Positions 61,282-64,000 of a DNA stretch of 64,000 bases are shown here, in pieces (position 1 is the stretch's first letter; every line of letters starts with the position of its first letter). The notes beneath the pieces are model-generated. The model was not told the origin of the DNA, made no database searches, and saw only the letters and a program-made list of their open reading frames with translations. The translations under genes were made by a program, and so were the position numbers. This DNA is from Promethearchaeota archaeon (GTDB taxonomy: Archaea > Asgardarchaeota > Lokiarchaeia > Sigyniarchaeales > SOKP01): positions 1-64,000 of the forward strand of contig JAEOUA010000010.1 in the NCBI GenBank assembly GCA_016839555.1. The letters are read 5' to 3'.

Positions 61282-62757
61282 TTATTTTGTTAATTCAGGA
61301 TGTTTTGCTAATTCTTCTCTCATTTTCAAAAGTCTATCACCGTGAAGCTTGTACAACTTGAAAAATAGTATGGATACCAAGCAACCAAGCGCTGGGAATA
61401 AGAAAATTATTAATTTCAATCCGAGTATAACATCAACTCCGCCTTGAGGTTTATAGCCTCCTGCCCAACTGGTCCCTTGAAAGACTATAAATATGGTTAA
61501 CATTGTAAGGATTGTACTAATCCTATGAATAAATGCATTAATCCCATAGAACACACCAGATCTTTTCACACCAAAATTAAGAGCATCTTCGTCTATAATG
61601 TCGCCATGAATAATATCAACATAAAATAATGCGCCTCCTAAGCCAAGTCCTTGTAATGCAGTGATTAATATACCAAGGATCTCCATTGTTCCAAAACCCC
61701 CAGCTTCACCTAATCTAATCACCTGGCCAAGGATTTCTATATCTACATAATTTTGCGCACCAGGTCCTAAAAAGAAATAGGGTACTAATAAAACAATCCA
61801 CAATCCTAATGTAATCATAATAGCATTACGCATTCCAACTTTTGATCCAAGCCACTTATGAAAAGGTAATACTAATGCAGCTACTAATAATGCACTCAAA
61901 AGAGAAATTGTTTTCAAAAATGCTAAATTGGGAGGAATATCAATAACATATTCAAAGTAGAGTGGGAAGATAGTAATTAATGTATTAAATACATACCATA
62001 TCATCGTATTTGCAATAACAAATTTCACGAATGTTTTATTTTTCAATGTAATTTTTAAAGATTGGAAAAAGCTTGGTCGCTTTGCTTCTAATTCATCTGA
62101 GATCCTCTTTTCTTTTATTCCTTTTAATAAAAATGGTACAGCAAAAACGATTACAACAATAGCTAAATAAATGCCCCAAATTGGATAAGCCGTTTTTAAT
62201 TGAGAGACGGTTACATTTCCTTTAGGAGTCTGAGGGGTGAGTGTCGGAATAGCAGCAAGCATAACAGCAAGTACTGTGAATCCCTTTATAAATATATTGG
62301 TTTGAGCTCGTTTAGATTCAGAGGTAAATTGTTCTGGAAAAATAGCGTTTACGTTTACGTCAAAAAGCGTATAAAAGAATTCAAACAGGATGATAATAGC
62401 TAAGAAGTAGGAAAATTCAGGAATTTTAGATTCCGTTGAAAATGGTACGAAAAAGAGAAAGAACATAGATAGTGCAAGGGGTACAATTGAGAGGATTAAA
62501 TAATATTTTCTCTTTCCTAATTTTCCTTTTTGTTTCGTTTTTTCTGATAACGCTCCCAAGATGGGGTCGTTTATCATATTCCAGAAGGTCCAAATTATAA
62601 ATCCAATCCATACTAAATTCCCTAATTGTATTACAGAGAAATAATATGTAAATACCAGCAGAGAAAATGCTTGATATGTTGCTTGGTCGGGGATTGCGGA
62701 TAAACCGAAGAGCACTCTTTCTTTTAATGGAACTCTTTCTGTATCTTCTTGACTCAT
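61282..62757 (-). CDS. GPH-family MFS transporter
   Basis: WNMINDPILGALSE; DIIDED...G.KRSG.FYG; paralog of 33479..34897. Confidence 0.92.
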   Translation of the reverse strand: MSQEDTERVPLKERVLFGLSAIPDQATYQAFSLLVFTYYFSVIQLGNLVWIGFIIWTFWNMINDPILGALSEKTKQKGKLGKRKYYLILSIVPLALSMFFLFFVPFSTESKIPEFSYFLAIIILFEFFYTLFDVNVNAIFPEQFTSESKRAQTNIFIKGFTVLAVMLAAIPTLTPQTPKGNVTVSQLKTAYPIWGIYLAIVVIVFAVPFLLKGIKEKRISDELEAKRPSFFQSLKITLKNKTFVKFVIANTMIWYVFNTLITIFPLYFEYVIDIPPNLAFLKTISLLSALLVAALVLPFHKWLGSKVGMRNAIMITLGLWIVLLVPYFFLGPGAQNYVDIEILGQVIRLGEAGGFGTMEILGILITALQGLGLGGALFYVDIIHGDIIDEDALNFGVKRSGVFYGINAFIHRISTILTMLTIFIVFQGTSWAGGYKPQGGVDVILGLKLIIFLFPALGCLVSILFFKLYKLHGDRLLKMREELAKHPELTK

Positions 62758-62923
62758 TCTTTTTTTCTCATTTTTATATAGTTTAGTTTTAAATAATAGA
62801 GCTAATTACATTTCTATTTGAAACTATTTAAAACTTTAGTTCTTAATATCATATGAATTATTGGCAATAAAATTTCTTAATATTTTAATTTATAATTTTT
62901 AATTTATCAATATATAAGCGCCT

Positions 62924-62942
62924 AGATGACGGAAAGTCATCT
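62924..62942. promoter_or_regulatory. Perfect 7-bp inverted repeat AGATGAC-N5-GTCATCT upstream of the MFS gene
   Basis: GC-richer palindrome in AT-rich intergenic DNA next to TATATAAG. Confidence 0.4.
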
Positions 62943-63088
62943 TAGATTTAAATATTAGGAATTTCCATAAACTTTTGAAACATTCCAGTAAAAATGTTCT
63001 TCTATTTTCTTATTTGAGAGTTTTAATGCATTTTTCGTAAATATTTTTTCTTTTCTATACTCCCTTTAATAGCTCTATGTGGATATTT

Positions 63089-64000
63089 TTAATGAGCTCG
63101 AAGCGTGTTAATAAATTCTCTGAAATCTCTTTCTTTAAAAGTTGATAAATCTTTGATTTTATTGATTTGATTAGAAATTATTTCTGAAAACTTATTTCGA
63201 TCGATTAAATCCACATCTATTTCTTTTGCAATAAAACATATTAATATGTAATTTTTTCCTTTCATTCGTGAATCTTCAACCGAAGAATCATCAATCAATG
63301 AGCTGTAAATAAAAGCAACCTCTCCCTGGATGCCCCCAAAAGGTAAAGGTCCAAATAAACCGGTTCGATAATAAATTCCTTGTCCTATCGCAGTATAAAA
63401 ATAGATTCCACTCTTTAATAGAAGATTATAATCGACGGGATATTCAGAAAAGAGATGTTGTGGTCCTTGAGAGCTCATTTTATAAAAGATTATATTATTT
63501 ACGATTCCTATATGGCTTCGCAAAGTTAAAGTAAAAATATAATAAGATATAATAAAGCTAAGTAAAGAAATAAAAAGTGCTTCTAAAATTACATCATATA
63601 AGCCATATGGAATATCATCTCCAAAAAAGATATAAATCAATACATTGGAATGAAGTAAAAGACTAATAACACTTATTATATTATAGATTAATACTTGAAT
63701 TTGTTTAATTGAAATTAAAATTATAAATAAATTTCCAAAAAGTAAAAAAGACAAGGTCTTATACATATGTAGGGCGGATAAAGGATTTGCATTAAATAAT
63801 TCGACTATAACGAAATGGATTATGATCGTTAACATTATACCGCCTGAAAAATTTCCTGCTAAAATAGGCTTTCTAATCCTAATAAAAAGAAATGATAGAA
63901 AAATTAATCCAATTACGATAAAATCTCTTAAAAAATTCAAAATATCAAAACTCCTGAAATATTCTGGTAATCCATCTAGTAAAAATATAAATACCCACCC
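63089..64000 (-). CDS. Multi-TM membrane protein with C-terminal cytoplasmic uDENN/longin-like domain (5' end outside window)
   Basis: Frame open to 64000; several TM helices, then FYKMSSQGPQHLFSEYP...GLFGPLP...D.RMKG. Confidence 0.6.
   Translation of the reverse strand, partial: GWVFIFLLDGLPEYFRSFDILNFLRDFIVIGLIFLSFLFIRIRKPILAGNFSGGIMLTIIIHFVIVELFNANPLSALHMYKTLSFLLFGNLFIILISIKQIQVLIYNIISVISLLLHSNVLIYIFFGDDIPYGLYDVILEALFISLLSFIISYYIFTLTLRSHIGIVNNIIFYKMSSQGPQHLFSEYPVDYNLLLKSGIYFYTAIGQGIYYRTGLFGPLPFGGIQGEVAFIYSSLIDDSSVEDSRMKGKNYILICFIAKEIDVDLIDRNKFSEIISNQINKIKDLSTFKERDFREFINTLRAH

Noticed and set aside
1015-62611. Many short antisense or alternate-frame ORFs in the track (e.g. 1015..1278, 17094..17465, 25730..26098, 39898..40233)
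   Set aside because: They lie wholly or largely within well-supported genes and have no motifs; shadow ORFs
62924-62942. Hairpin as a Loki/eukaryote-type SECIS
   Set aside because: ATGA is Watson-Crick paired in a short 7-bp stem with no GA/GA quartet geometry, and no Sec codon is visible nearby

Overview
Very AT-rich archaeal chromosomal DNA that reads like an Asgard archaeon, most likely Lokiarchaeia/Promethearchaeia. This rests on several Rab/Arf-like small GTPases, longin-like and DENN-like proteins, a Loki-CTERM-like surface protein, standalone 7TM proteins and GGTGA/GGAG SD motifs. Metabolic genes include glutamate dehydrogenase, tungsten AOR with its ferredoxin subunit, an M32 carboxypeptidase, purD, a TrmJ-type methylase, a divergent fwdABD cluster without fwdC, a NifX + 2x MinD-ferredoxin module, Mrp, four MFS transporters, a PhoD-like phosphatase and a 3-hydroxyacyl-CoA dehydrogenase/BKACE pair. 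I saw no rRNA, tRNA or CRISPR array. Main leads: (1) two tandem ilvC/KARI paralogs with mirror-image active-site losses, suggesting an obligate heterodimer; (2) repeated evidence for ATA/ATT start codons; (3) an Fwd-like complex that has lost its CO2-binding residues; (4) Rab, longin, DENN-like and tether-like genes forming a possible proto-trafficking toolkit; (5) a divergent RHH regulator/cyclin-fold gene pair with TGCAT inverted repeats; (6) internally deleted pseudogene relics. All family calls come from reading motifs by eye; no searches were run.
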